Below, in pieces: positions 18,408 through 28,369 of a DNA stretch of 64,000 nucleotides. The stretch lies in the IMG/VR virus record IMGVR_UViG_2974732664_000001, positions 1 to 64,000 of that record; one strand, 5' to 3'. Numbering within the stretch: position 1 is the first letter of the stretch; the number at the start of each line of letters is the position of its first letter. The DNA comes from a virus (taxonomy: Duplodnaviria > Caudoviricetes). The notes below the pieces were generated by a model. It saw only the letters and a list, made by a program, of their open reading frames with translations, had not been told where the DNA came from and did no database searches. The position numbers and the translations under genes were made by a program.

Positions 18408-18899
18408 ATGAAGAGATTATTCGAAAAGCTTAGCATGTGCTTAATCATGCTTATTGTAGCCGTCACAGTATCGTCATGTGACTACATGAAAAAAACTAAG
18501 AGTGAGATCAGACACGATGACTCGCTCATGGTATCAAAGATGATGCAGGATATTGACAATCCTACATTCACCGGCTGTTCTGACGTTATAGAGTTTCAGA
18601 GATCGGAAGGTCAATGGAGACATCAGGACTCAGTGTTCTTCAGCATACCTGAAAAGGTTATGCGTGATGTGGTATCGGTCTTAGAAAAATCTGGAAAACC
18701 ATTGACTAAGATGAGTATATCGAACGAGTTCGAGATGAACAAGCATGTATATTTGAATCTTCCTGATGAACAGGATCAATACAATGCGATTGCTCCTCCT
18801 GATACCCCTAACGTAGAAATGGTTGATACTATTATCGACGGTAAGCATGTACAGATCGTGCAGTCCTCCAGTACTAACATAACAACAAAGGAGGATTAG
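18408..18899 (+). CDS. Putative lipoprotein (TAG stop)
   Basis: Signal peptide with lipobox VSS-C. Confidence 0.75.
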   Translation: MKRLFEKLSMCLIMLIVAVTVSSCDYMKKTKSEIRHDDSLMVSKMMQDIDNPTFTGCSDVIEFQRSEGQWRHQDSVFFSIPEKVMRDVVSVLEKSGKPLTKMSISNEFEMNKHVYLNLPDEQDQYNAIAPPDTPNVEMVDTIIDGKHVQIVQSSSTNITTKED

Positions 18900-18901
18900 A
18901 T

Positions 18902-19321
18902 ATGAAGCGGTACATTATTATCTCTTACGATGGTTCTAGTTTGGATCCATCTGAAGTTATGGCAATAGCTTCACAACTGAACACAGTTAAACCTGATGTT
19001 AAGGATGTGCATGCAGTTACAATGGATGAAACGGAAGTTAATTCCATTATTATCGGTCACGCAGAAGCCAAGAATGCTACAGAACTTTCTGTTGTAGAGT
19101 CTGCGTGCATCTACGTGAAAAAAAGATTTAGTAAGTTTTTCTACTCCAAGATGAAGCTGTTGCTTGCATTGTCAGAGGCTATAACTAATGAGCCTAACAA
19201 TGAAGCTCTTATGAATGCCATCAGAGTTATGTCTGGTGGTATAAGTAAGAGAATGCGTGATTCTTACGGTATTTCTACCGATATTATTTGTGTATTTAAA
19301 ACGGTTCAAGATAACATGTAA
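18902..19321 (+). CDS. Hypothetical protein
   Basis: ORF track. Confidence 0.75.
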   Translation: MKRYIIISYDGSSLDPSEVMAIASQLNTVKPDVKDVHAVTMDETEVNSIIIGHAEAKNATELSVVESACIYVKKRFSKFFYSKMKLLLALSEAITNEPNNEALMNAIRVMSGGISKRMRDSYGISTDIICVFKTVQDNM

Positions 19322-19323
19322 CT

Positions 19324-19470
19324 ATGTATAAAACACAACGTAATACTAAGAAAGTGTATCGTCAGCGTCACGCAGAAGCCAAAACAAAGGCATATAAGCG
19401 TGACAAGTTTAAAAACAAGCTAAATCCTTTAGATTATGTGGAAGATTCCAGTATATACGACAAAAGCTAA
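19324..19470 (+). CDS. Small Arg/Lys-rich protein (48 aa)
   Basis: MYKTQRNTKKVYRQRHAEAKTKAYKRDKF..., starts 2 nt after the previous stop. Confidence 0.5.
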   Translation: MYKTQRNTKKVYRQRHAEAKTKAYKRDKFKNKLNPLDYVEDSSIYDKS

Positions 19471-19669
19471 GGGAAAGGGTAAGAATACAAAAACATTGGT
19501 ATTCGAATCCAAGTACCCTAGTGAGAATCAAGCTATAGATGCTAGATTCGCACTTATTCATTTGGCTAACTGCTCTCACAAAGCTCCATGCGATATCACC
19601 ATTAATAATAATGGCGCAATATTCGTTAAAAATCCATCCTGGAGTGTGGGAGAAGTAACAATATGTTAA
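19436..19669 (+). CDS. Hypothetical protein
   Basis: ORF track. Confidence 0.6.
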   Translation: MWKIPVYTTKAKGKGKNTKTLVFESKYPSENQAIDARFALIHLANCSHKAPCDITINNNGAIFVKNPSWSVGEVTIC

Positions 19670-19705
19670 TTAATTTTATTTACAAACATTTAAAACATTA
19701 TCAAA

Positions 19706-20200
19706 ATGGCAAAAGCAGAAACAAAAGGTGCTGCTAAAGAGCAGCAGAATGTGTCAGCAGACAACGTAGTAGAGAAGTTGATGAAGGGCAACCTCGTGAC
19801 CGACATCGCAGACAAGGCGGCAGAAGAAATCCGCCAGGACGAGGAGAAGCGCAAGATCTCCCAGGTCAAAGAAATTGTCAAGTGTGCTGACTTCCTTAGA
19901 ATTAAGGAACTTCTCAATGTCCGCAAGGACCGTGCGAAGGCAAAGATCACTCTCGACACTCTGAAGAAGCGTACAGAATTGTTGGCCCGTCTTCTGGGCA
20001 AGGACGAGAATGGTACCGCCGTTCCTAACGACCAGAAGATTACGCCAAACGAATTCCGCGAACTTTCGCAGAAGATCGATGAGGATCAGCGTAAGCAAAT
20101 GACTGAACTGAACAAAGAGTACGAAAAGCACGACCGTGAATTGCGTGACAAGTACCCTAACAATTGGTATTATGCCAACTATCAGTTCGATCGCTTCTAA
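19706..20200 (+). CDS. Coiled-coil hypothetical protein
   Basis: ORF track; strong start motif and GC-richer codon usage. Confidence 0.85.
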   Translation: MAKAETKGAAKEQQNVSADNVVEKLMKGNLVTDIADKAAEEIRQDEEKRKISQVKEIVKCADFLRIKELLNVRKDRAKAKITLDTLKKRTELLARLLGKDENGTAVPNDQKITPNEFRELSQKIDEDQRKQMTELNKEYEKHDRELRDKYPNNWYYANYQFDRF

Positions 20201-20215
20201 TTCTTCTTCTAATAC

Positions 20216-20501
20216 AAGTATCTTAGTATCACGTACATAGATTCTGAAGCACTGTAGAGGATCTTAAGAAGACGAGGCAGCGAAGGAATCTCAGAATGAA
20301 TTAACATTCTCATCAAGTATCTTCGTATCACGATGAGAGGAAGAGATGTGACCCCACACAGTAAATTGGGACAGTAGATCAAACAATATGTTTTGTGCGT
20401 ATCTTTGTATCGGGGAGATTTGATTGCTCTGAAAAGTTAATTGAACCCTGCAAAATGTATCAAAAATGCTGAATATAACCCTCTAAGTATCTTTGTATCA
20501 T
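20216..20501 (+). repeat. Dispersed repeat AAGTATCTTNGTATCA (4 copies; 5th at 27071)
   Basis: Copies at 20216, 20315, 20399 (partial) and 20485. Confidence 0.75.
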
Positions 20502-20666
20502 GAGGATTACTATATATTTTTAGCCATGTTTTAAGCGCTCTGAGGCAGAGTATGTCACCAAGTGGAGTAATTAACCACGAGTGCCGCAAAAATGTCTTAG
20601 AGCGCACCTAAAACAGCTTAAATCGAATGTTCTGACTGATCATCGGAACATTTACAAGAAATGTAC

Positions 20667-20904
20667 AATGTGTATGAAATAATCTGTCTGGACAGGGGTT
20701 CGACTCCCCTCACGTCCACTGGGCATCCTCTACGCTATTGTGTAGATTCCATTTGAACAACCTAGGCATGTTGTAAAACTGCCTACACGGGCGTGTTTGG
20801 TTTTGACAGACAGAGGAGATAAATACATTAAGCACTATACTATAAATTAAACGACAATGTAAATAACATTGTAGACTATACTAACGTAGCGTAAGTTTAG
20901 TCTA
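20667..20904 (+). ncRNA. ssrA: Circularly permuted (two-piece) tmRNA
   Basis: The 3' acceptor half (TCTGTCTG-GAC-AGGGG-TTCGACT-CCCCT-CACGTCC-A, to 20718) precedes the 5' half GGGCGTG-TTTGGTTTTGAC-AGACAGA (from 20789). G3-U70 and A73. Tag frame 20853-20894 reads DNVNNIVDYTNVA*. Confidence 0.85.
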
Positions 20905-20930
20905 GGTGTTTCCTACCAAAGTGGAGAGAA

Positions 20931-20992
20931 GAAGAAGTTGGTTCTTTGGGCTACACACCCGAGGATTAGGGTTCGACTCCCTAGCTTCTTCC
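20931..20992 (+). ncRNA. Mini tRNA-like element (no D arm)
   Basis: GAAGAAGT/GCTTCTTC acceptor; TAGGG-TTCGACT-CCCTA T arm. Confidence 0.65.
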
Positions 20993-21000
20993 TATTAGTT

Positions 21001-21522
21001 ATGACAAAGGGATATAAAGCGATGATAAAGGACAGGTGTCCTCATGTCGTCAACCTCGCATTTAAATGGTGTACAGAATTTGGCAGATTATCTAATATAG
21101 GTAAGAAGCCACATGAAAGAATTAAGTATGCTGTAAAAACGCGATGGATAGACCGTGTATACCAAGAAAATGTAGCAATCTATAACACTGGAAGAGGAAT
21201 ACCTCGAACAGATGAAAAGGATGCATCATTAAGAAAAGCTCTTGGAATACATGAGGGGTCGCAAAATTTTAATTTTGCAGACTCTATAAATTTGGATGGC
21301 ATCAACAAAGTATTCAACTCTGGAGAACGAGCATTTTGGATCTGGGTTAATAGCTGGGTAGTATGGTTTCAAGAGAACTATAAGTACCTAGAAAACTATT
21401 ATAACATATCATGTAAGTGTGGCAATATGGCTTTATTTGATAAAGCATTGTCAGAAAAAGCTAGTTTTCTAGATGAGTATTTTGAAGATTTCTCTAAGTT
21501 TATTAAGAAAACATTTAATTAA
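21001..21522 (+). CDS. Hypothetical protein
   Basis: Track ORF 20938-21522; first ATG at 21001 (the upstream part is the tRNA-like element). Confidence 0.75.
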   Translation: MTKGYKAMIKDRCPHVVNLAFKWCTEFGRLSNIGKKPHERIKYAVKTRWIDRVYQENVAIYNTGRGIPRTDEKDASLRKALGIHEGSQNFNFADSINLDGINKVFNSGERAFWIWVNSWVVWFQENYKYLENYYNISCKCGNMALFDKALSEKASFLDEYFEDFSKFIKKTFN

Positions 21523-21534
21523 ACAAAATAAAAA

Positions 21535-21951
21535 ATGGAGTATTTCCCTAAAATGCTAATTTACAGAGCTAGTCTGTTAGGCTGCAAAGAAGAATGTATA
21601 GAAAATGTGATTAACTGGTTTCATAACCGCCTTAAAAAGGGCTTTACTTATGAAGCGCACATATTCTGTGCAGGAGACAGCCTAGACGAAGATTGTATAT
21701 ACGAATACTGTTGTAATGAGCAGTTACGTAGAGTTGGTGATTGGATTATGAAAACGATAGTCCTAAATAACCCTATGAAGTTCAAAACACTTACGACTCG
21801 TATGCGTATTGGTTCAGGACTACTTGAAAAAGTAGAAATGAAAACGGGAGGAAAGGATTTGAAAATAATCCTTTTTAACAATTTCGTCAACAACGTTTGG
21901 TCGCTATACCGTCAGAAGATGGTGTACGATCTTCCGTTTTATCAGGAGTAG
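21535..21951 (+). CDS. Hypothetical protein (TAG stop)
   Basis: ORF track. Confidence 0.75.
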   Translation: MEYFPKMLIYRASLLGCKEECIENVINWFHNRLKKGFTYEAHIFCAGDSLDEDCIYEYCCNEQLRRVGDWIMKTIVLNNPMKFKTLTTRMRIGSGLLEKVEMKTGGKDLKIILFNNFVNNVWSLYRQKMVYDLPFYQE

Positions 21952-21980
21952 GGTGAGAGAAATCTCCCCTACCCCACAAT

Positions 21981-22538
21981 ATGGAGTATCAGCGTATCAC
22001 TCAATCTGAGATTGAGACCATAAAAGAAGCTCAAAAGGGAAATGAGCTAGCGTTTAATAAATTGTTTAACCGTTACAAAGAGTTCGTTGACAACGTGCTC
22101 TTTTGTTACGTGAATGACATGGATGAAGCTAAAGATCTTACAAATGTTGTATTTATTAAGGTTCACCAAAAACTCTCGACATTCACAGATTATTCGTCTT
22201 TTGGCGGATGGCTGAGAATTATAGCTAATCGAACAGCTATAGATTATCTACGAAAAGTAAAGGAAAAATCCATGGAGTTAGGAGAAGATGCAGGCCGACT
22301 ACCTGTCGAATTAACTAATTCTTCAGAAGAAGAAGATCTTGTCAACCTTCTTGAGTATGAATCTCTTCTAAAGGAGTTTGAAAAGCTCCCAAAGAAGACA
22401 CAGAAGATTTTTAATCTATTTTACGTAGAAGATCTTACCGTTGATGAAATTAGCAAAGTGCTGAAAATTCCTACAGGCACTATAAAAGCTGCACTAAGCC
22501 GCACTCGTAGGAAAATTAAAAATAACTTAAAAGTTTAA
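21981..22538 (+). CDS. ECF-family RNA polymerase sigma factor
   Basis: Region 2: GNELAFNKLFNRY...DEAKDLTNVVF...FGGWLRIIANRTAIDYLRK. Region 4: LPKKTQKIFNL...LTVDEISKVLKIPTGTIKAALSRTR. Confidence 0.92.
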   Translation: MEYQRITQSEIETIKEAQKGNELAFNKLFNRYKEFVDNVLFCYVNDMDEAKDLTNVVFIKVHQKLSTFTDYSSFGGWLRIIANRTAIDYLRKVKEKSMELGEDAGRLPVELTNSSEEEDLVNLLEYESLLKEFEKLPKKTQKIFNLFYVEDLTVDEISKVLKIPTGTIKAALSRTRRKIKNNLKV

Positions 22539-22543
22539 CAAAA

Positions 22544-22939
22544 ATGACTTCACTTTTATTATTGATTCTCTCGATTTTTGTAGCTCTTGGTTTCGCAAGA
22601 TACAATAAGAGCAACAAGTTGTTCTGGATCATTCTCGTAAGTCTCTTGCTCGGTTTTACCGGTAAGAGTATGGTCAACTATGCCTTTGTTGACCATAAAA
22701 GTGAAGCCAGTACAGTTAAATCTTCTGCAAATCCCATGCTGGCACCGACGTGCTCATTTCAGGCTTTGGAACCCTCAGAGGGCGCTGGTACATGTGCTGA
22801 GCCAAAACCAGCAGGTAAGGATACAATTGTAGTAGATACTGTTACTGTGCTTAACTTGGGTGAAGACGAGCATATTAACGTGCTCACTAAACCTCCACGA
22901 GATTGGTTAAAAACGAACTTTATATTCGACACAAGTTGA
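22544..22939 (+). CDS. Membrane protein with two N-terminal TM segments
   Basis: ORF track; hydrophobic N-terminus. Confidence 0.75.
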   Translation: MTSLLLLILSIFVALGFARYNKSNKLFWIILVSLLLGFTGKSMVNYAFVDHKSEASTVKSSANPMLAPTCSFQALEPSEGAGTCAEPKPAGKDTIVVDTVTVLNLGEDEHINVLTKPPRDWLKTNFIFDTS

Positions 22940-23005
22940 ATTTAAGCTAGTTGCCCAGAAAGTATTAATTAATTTTAGTAAATAACATTTAAAAACATTA
23001 TCAAA

Positions 23006-24517
23006 ATGGCAAAAAAGAATGGAAAGGGCAATGTAAAAGTTGCTCAGAATAACAATAATGGTGGTAACAATACAGATGCAGCTGTTGAGGCTGCAGCTAT
23101 GCTCACAACAACAGGTGGGTCAAGCATGGATCGTAATCACCAGGTAGATTTGTTGAAGATGGCTCACGATCGTTTCTTCTTGGATGAGAAAGCTGCTGAA
23201 CACACTGGCTTCCCGCAGGGAACTATCGACAAACTCAACCATATTAATGCCCTCGGCATCGCAGTGTGCGTATGTAATGAGGTCAAGTATGGCACCAGCG
23301 ATTTCGCTGTTGTAATCCGTAAGTCTGCACTCCCAGAGCTTACTGAAGCTTTGAAGGAGATTGGTGTAAGCTTTGATGGCACAAAGCTCTTGCCTTCAAA
23401 AGACGATGCTGAAGCAATTGAAGTTACAGCTTCAGCTGTAACAGTATCAGAAGAGACAGCAAAGAGTCTTGACAAGGATGCTAAGGCTCGTGCTGCAACA
23501 GCAGGTAAGGTTTTTGATCCTACAAAGATCAAGGACGAAGAAGAGCTCAAGGAAGCTTTGTCTGGATTCTTGGCTATGAACCGTGATTCTAAGCTGATGG
23601 ATAGCATCATGCAGTGTGTGAACTTCTATAAGTCATATCGCTCTATTGAAGCTAAGCATGCTATCGATTCTGCTGAGAAGACGCTCAAGAACACAAAAGA
23701 CAAGAAGTACAAAGAGAACGCTGAAAAGGCTCTTGCTTCTGCAAAGAATGACCTTGAGCGCCTCAAGAACATGAACTTCCATGATACGTTTCGCAAGATT
23801 GTTGAGCTTACGGGTCGTGTCGGAACGCTTACTTATGGAATTGGTGCTCACTTCTTCAATGTTACCGCTACGTCAGGATCTCCTGTATCTGCGTTCTGTG
23901 AGCTTCGCGACCATTCTACTGACAAGAACACAGGCGCATGCAAGTATACCGATGATCAGATTGCAGACGCTGTAAAGTGCCTCGTAATCATTGGTGCAGA
24001 CGATGTTCGCTCAAAGGGTAAGACCTTGCTCGAGGCAGAGAACAAGCTGCCAGAAAAGGATCGTGTCAAGGAACACATTGATGCCGCTAACAAGAACATC
24101 GCATTCGCCGATAAGGCTACTGCAGCGGTTCTTGCGGCTCCAGGCGAGTTCGTTGAAAACTTGAAGAAGAACTTCTTGGAGGGTAACAACTTTGCAAAGA
24201 AGACTGTTATCGCCATTAAGCGTGCATATTATCGTGACGTTAGTCCAGAGATGATGGCTAAGGTTAAGTCTGACTCAATGCTTGATAACGCTACGCAGCA
24301 CGCTGGTATCATCTCTAACCTGTTCCGTAATCCTTCTGATCCGCTCGTAGGTTATGCCAAGGAGAATATCATCGACTTGGAATTCAAGACCGATAAGGAG
24401 ATCAAGGCTGAGGAAGAGGCTGTTGCCAAAGCTGCTAAGGAAGCAGCTGATAAGAAGGCAAATGAGGATAAGAAAAAGGAAGCCAAAGGTAAGGCCAAGG
24501 CTCAAGTAAAAAAATAA
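23006..24517 (+). CDS. Hypothetical protein (503 aa) with Lys/Ala-rich C-terminus
   Basis: Long uninterrupted ORF with strong start motif. Confidence 0.88.
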   Translation: MAKKNGKGNVKVAQNNNNGGNNTDAAVEAAAMLTTTGGSSMDRNHQVDLLKMAHDRFFLDEKAAEHTGFPQGTIDKLNHINALGIAVCVCNEVKYGTSDFAVVIRKSALPELTEALKEIGVSFDGTKLLPSKDDAEAIEVTASAVTVSEETAKSLDKDAKARAATAGKVFDPTKIKDEEELKEALSGFLAMNRDSKLMDSIMQCVNFYKSYRSIEAKHAIDSAEKTLKNTKDKKYKENAEKALASAKNDLERLKNMNFHDTFRKIVELTGRVGTLTYGIGAHFFNVTATSGSPVSAFCELRDHSTDKNTGACKYTDDQIADAVKCLVIIGADDVRSKGKTLLEAENKLPEKDRVKEHIDAANKNIAFADKATAAVLAAPGEFVENLKKNFLEGNNFAKKTVIAIKRAYYRDVSPEMMAKVKSDSMLDNATQHAGIISNLFRNPSDPLVGYAKENIIDLEFKTDKEIKAEEEAVAKAAKEAADKKANEDKKKEAKGKAKAQVKK

Positions 24518-24618
24518 TACGGCCAATTAAGAGAACTGGTTCACAACTAGTTGGCCGCATTAAAAGAGCCTTTGACATACAATGGCAAAGTGAACACAAA
24601 TAATTTAACTATCAAAGT

Positions 24619-25020
24619 ATGAAAAAATTAGTGATCACGTTGTTAGGAGCAGCATTCCTTACTATCGGCATGAATATTGCCGATCTTAAGAATGTTCCCC
24701 TTCCAACGACAGTGCAGACAGTAGCAGCATCTACTGTACAGCAACCAATGGACCATTTGTTTGGTCAAGTGAATCGTGCTAATCCTGATACAGTGCATGA
24801 TACCGTTAGGGTAGAAAAGCCTGTACCTTGTAACCATAAACAGTTACCTGCAAAGGTAATTGTTAAACGCACCGTAATTAAGAAGACAGATACGTCGTAT
24901 GTACCACTTCTATATATTATGGAACCTGGAGAAAAGGTCGACTCCACTAATCACAACTCTACCATTCGTAAGGGAGAGCTCAATGATTATATTCAAATCG
25001 CCTCCAATGTGCATAAGTAA
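24619..25020 (+). CDS. Hypothetical exported protein
   Basis: MKKLVITLLGAAFLTIG signal peptide. Confidence 0.75.
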   Translation: MKKLVITLLGAAFLTIGMNIADLKNVPLPTTVQTVAASTVQQPMDHLFGQVNRANPDTVHDTVRVEKPVPCNHKQLPAKVIVKRTVIKKTDTSYVPLLYIMEPGEKVDSTNHNSTIRKGELNDYIQIASNVHK

Positions 25021-25029
25021 ACACAAGAA

Positions 25030-27100
25030 CACTATGCACTATAATTGGGTAAGTACATATGGTAGATCCCATTAGTCTACGTACTATTCTGGAACATCCC
25101 TCGCGAAGGAGCTAGAAGAAAAACTCAATAAATTAAACTTGATCCGAGAATATGTTAACTCTGTCTTGCAGAGCGAGATCACTCAAAAGGTAGGATGAAA
25201 TGTATCAAACATTGAAACAGTTTGATATAGGTAGGAGAAGCGTTGTATCAGCTCCTATAGATTATACAGCTGGACTTGTGAGAACCGTCTGGAGACAAGC
25301 TGGATGAGGCTGTATAATCTAAAAACGCATAAGTCCCAAGAAGGGCATAATGAACCGTATCGTAATTATATGTGATAATACTAAGCATATACAAACGTTA
25401 CACGAGATGAACTATATTGGTCCCCAGTAGGTGAACAGAATTGCATACATGGTATGGTGCATGGTGCTGGAAGAACCGAGGATATCCCAAACAATATAGA
25501 AGTATTATTAAGCCGTAGGTAGTGTTTCTAGTGTCCAAATCTAGTATAAAGGCCGAAAAAATTATCTAAGACGCAATATCGTGAGGATAATACTCACGGG
25601 ACGTATGGTGAATACGTTGGCATATAGTCCTTGACGTTCGATTCGTCACAACTCCATTGAAGGGGTGCCGGGGATGAGGTGTAAGACGTCTGAGCTCATG
25701 GTAGACCGCCAGGCTTTTCTTGTTTATGCGGTATATAAAAGTAAAACAAGCGCAAGGGTTGGGCAGCCCCTTAATCGAAGCTCTACGGGAGTATCGTACG
25801 CGGGTGAAGATCGCGGTGAAAATCTATTCCAGTTGTATTATTAGGATGTTAGGCAATCCGAACTTACAGCCAATTTCCATGAAAATTAAATCGTTCATGA
25901 GACTATGATCGATGACTCCGTTACAGTCAAAGAAAATTGATGGAGAGCTATCCTAGAATAAGAAATAGCAAAGCAGGTAGAAAGTTGATTCGAGATATGT
26001 CCATCCAGGACCATTTGACCTCCACTTTCATCCAAAACGATCTAGACTAATAGTTTATTTGCACCATGATATACAATATTACATAGTCTCTACAGAGTAG
26101 TAAGCTGGTATATTATGTATGCGTATGTTGTATGCAAAAGATATAAATTATGAAAACCTAGAAAGTTTAAAAGATAACATGTTTAACAAAAATTGATGTC
26201 CCTTCATAGAGTTAATCTTACGTTGTAAGTAAGGGCTTGAGGTGAAGAAATCGAGTGCCAACCGATATGCCAACCATGCTAAAGTATACTGCGCAACAGT
26301 ATATGTAAACATAAAGGTTCGAAGCAATACAGGAAATTGATGGGCAGCTTATATCTATGTTGTAAAACGACTGTGTATATTATATGTGTATACTGTCTCT
26401 ATACATGTATATTACGTTATAAGTGGGTGACAAGATGAAATGTATGGGTTGAATTCCCAATATTCGTGCACTATAAATAGGAGGTAGTAATACCGGTACA
26501 GAAAAATTGCAAACATCAGCAAAGATGTAAAAAGCCGTAAAGTCTGTGATGGGTTTGATCCTGAGACATTCCGATAACCAACCGCTGGGTACATGCCATA
26601 AGCCGAGTACCGCAGTAAGGAGCCATTTCGATAAGTTAGGCGCTTTTAAAACTTATTAGCCGAGGAAATCTGCGTTTAATCGACAACCTGTAGGAAGATC
26701 TTGTAAGTATAGTAAGGGAAATACGACCGAGATTCTACATATTTTCGTGGGTTATAGAAAATTCTAAGATTCTATGAGTGTTAGTTGCTATGCAAAATTT
26801 CACCAACGAAAATTAGAATAGTTAAGTTAGAAAAAAACGTGAACAAAATAGCAGAAAACAGTTCAGCATTTGATTATGCAAAGGAAGCATTCAAAGCTTT
26901 AGACGATGGGCCTGGATAAACCAGTAAATGCTAATTGCATCATACGTATGCAATTCCTGCTGCAAGCCTATTATCCTATTGTCGTAATAGAGAAAGTGCA
27001 GCTAAGTCTAGATAAAGCGTCTACAATAGTAGAACTTCCTTTAGAAAACTAAGTACGCAAAGTAGTAACCGAGTATCTTCGTATCAGCGTTGCTTTATTC
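25030..27100 (+). ncRNA. Putative large structured non-coding RNA region (~2.1 kb)
   Basis: No credible ORF. Many helices, e.g. TAGATTATACAGC/GCTGTATAATCTA (25258-25321) and long-range GGATGAAA (25193)/TTTCATCC (26026). Confidence 0.5.
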
Positions 27101-27185
27101 AATAAACAACGGCAAAGGTGTAGCCAAAATACACCATATTTTTCAATCATATCGTTAGTTAATCAATAACGATATCAAAAAGGAT

Positions 27186-27779
27186 ATGATTATGTCAGAA
27201 ATTAATGTAAACATCGTGGAAACAACTATTAAGTCAAATCGTACCCCACTGAGCATGCTCGGTGCAAAAATGTTTGGTCAGGACGTATTTACTCCTCAGA
27301 CCCGTTTATTCAACCCAGACCATGACAAGGTTTTGGAGCAGGCTAAGCAGAGCTCCAATGTAAATCTTGTACTCAATCGTTCGCCTCGTCGCTTCTCGAT
27401 CGGCTATATCACGATTGAGTCCATGGCAACAAAACAGAATGCAATCGGCGATGTCGTTTGCCGTCTTAATGAGGGCACCGACAATCAGATTGATATTCCT
27501 CTCGGTGAGAACAGCACCAAGTTTGGTGAGACCACTGAAGAGGCTGTCCAGAACGCTCTTAAGGACAAGAACTCTAAGGCCGTGTTCTCAGATCCTAAAG
27601 ATTTGAGTGTCATTCTTAATGACCTTAACCGTGGAGAGATTGCTCGTCTTGACGCAATGATCGAACAATTGCAGAAGGCTAAAGCACAGTGTGTGTCTGC
27701 AATTTCAGCAAATGAGAAGATCGTTGCTGACTATGAGCGTCAGAAGACAGAGTCAAAACCAGCTGATAAGATCGCGTAG
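27186..27779 (+). CDS. Hypothetical protein (TAG stop)
   Basis: ORF track. Confidence 0.82.
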   Translation: MIMSEINVNIVETTIKSNRTPLSMLGAKMFGQDVFTPQTRLFNPDHDKVLEQAKQSSNVNLVLNRSPRRFSIGYITIESMATKQNAIGDVVCRLNEGTDNQIDIPLGENSTKFGETTEEAVQNALKDKNSKAVFSDPKDLSVILNDLNRGEIARLDAMIEQLQKAKAQCVSAISANEKIVADYERQKTESKPADKIA

Positions 27780-27784
27780 AATTC

Positions 27785-28369
27785 ATGGAGGCTGTTTTAA
27801 CTGAGAAGAGCGTTAAGCTTATTGCAGTAATGCTCTCAGAACCGAAGATTAAGGCAGCCGTTTATGAAAAGTTGGACCATACAGAGAAGTACAAAATCTA
27901 TACCATTAACGATGATGGTAGTATTACTCTTGGTTCAACTAAGTTCCACTTTTGGAATAAGATAATCGGCTGCGAGCAAACCTTACCATTTGAGAGTTTC
28001 GCTCTCAAGGTATGGGATGCACTAGTGAGTCTTTCCACAGGGCTTAACCAAAAAGCCATTATGGAAGGACTATCACAAGAAATTGTGATGAAAGGAGTTA
28101 AAGACAAAAACTTTAACTGGGTCGTAGAACGACTGTATGATGTTGCGACAAAAGTATGTCAGAATTCTAGCATTGCTGATGGCGTAGGAGCGGACCCTGC
28201 GGGGTCCCGGGTGTCAGGGCCAAGGCTTAACGCTCAGCAAGAGTTTCCTGATAAAATTGTTATCAATATCAACGGACGTAAAGAAGTTTTGCAGGTTAAA
28301 GACTGCATCGGTAAACCAATGATTGAGTTGGAGTACGGAATTGTAAACGCTAAACGAGTAATGCCATAA
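27785..28369 (+). CDS. Hypothetical protein
   Basis: ORF track. Confidence 0.8.
   Translation: MEAVLTEKSVKLIAVMLSEPKIKAAVYEKLDHTEKYKIYTINDDGSITLGSTKFHFWNKIIGCEQTLPFESFALKVWDALVSLSTGLNQKAIMEGLSQEIVMKGVKDKNFNWVVERLYDVATKVCQNSSIADGVGADPAGSRVSGPRLNAQQEFPDKIVININGRKEVLQVKDCIGKPMIELEYGIVNAKRVMP

Noticed and set aside
20216-20501. CRISPR mini-array
   Set aside because: Repeats are only about 17 nt, spacers are 65-80 nt and uneven, and there are no cas genes.
20938-21000. N-terminal extension of ORF 20938-21522
   Set aside because: It overlaps the tRNA-like element; ATG 21001 is the more plausible start.
26655-26680. RNase P RNA (GAGGAAATC resembles GAGGAAAGUCC)
   Set aside because: The core is mismatched and no matching 3' P4 strand was found.
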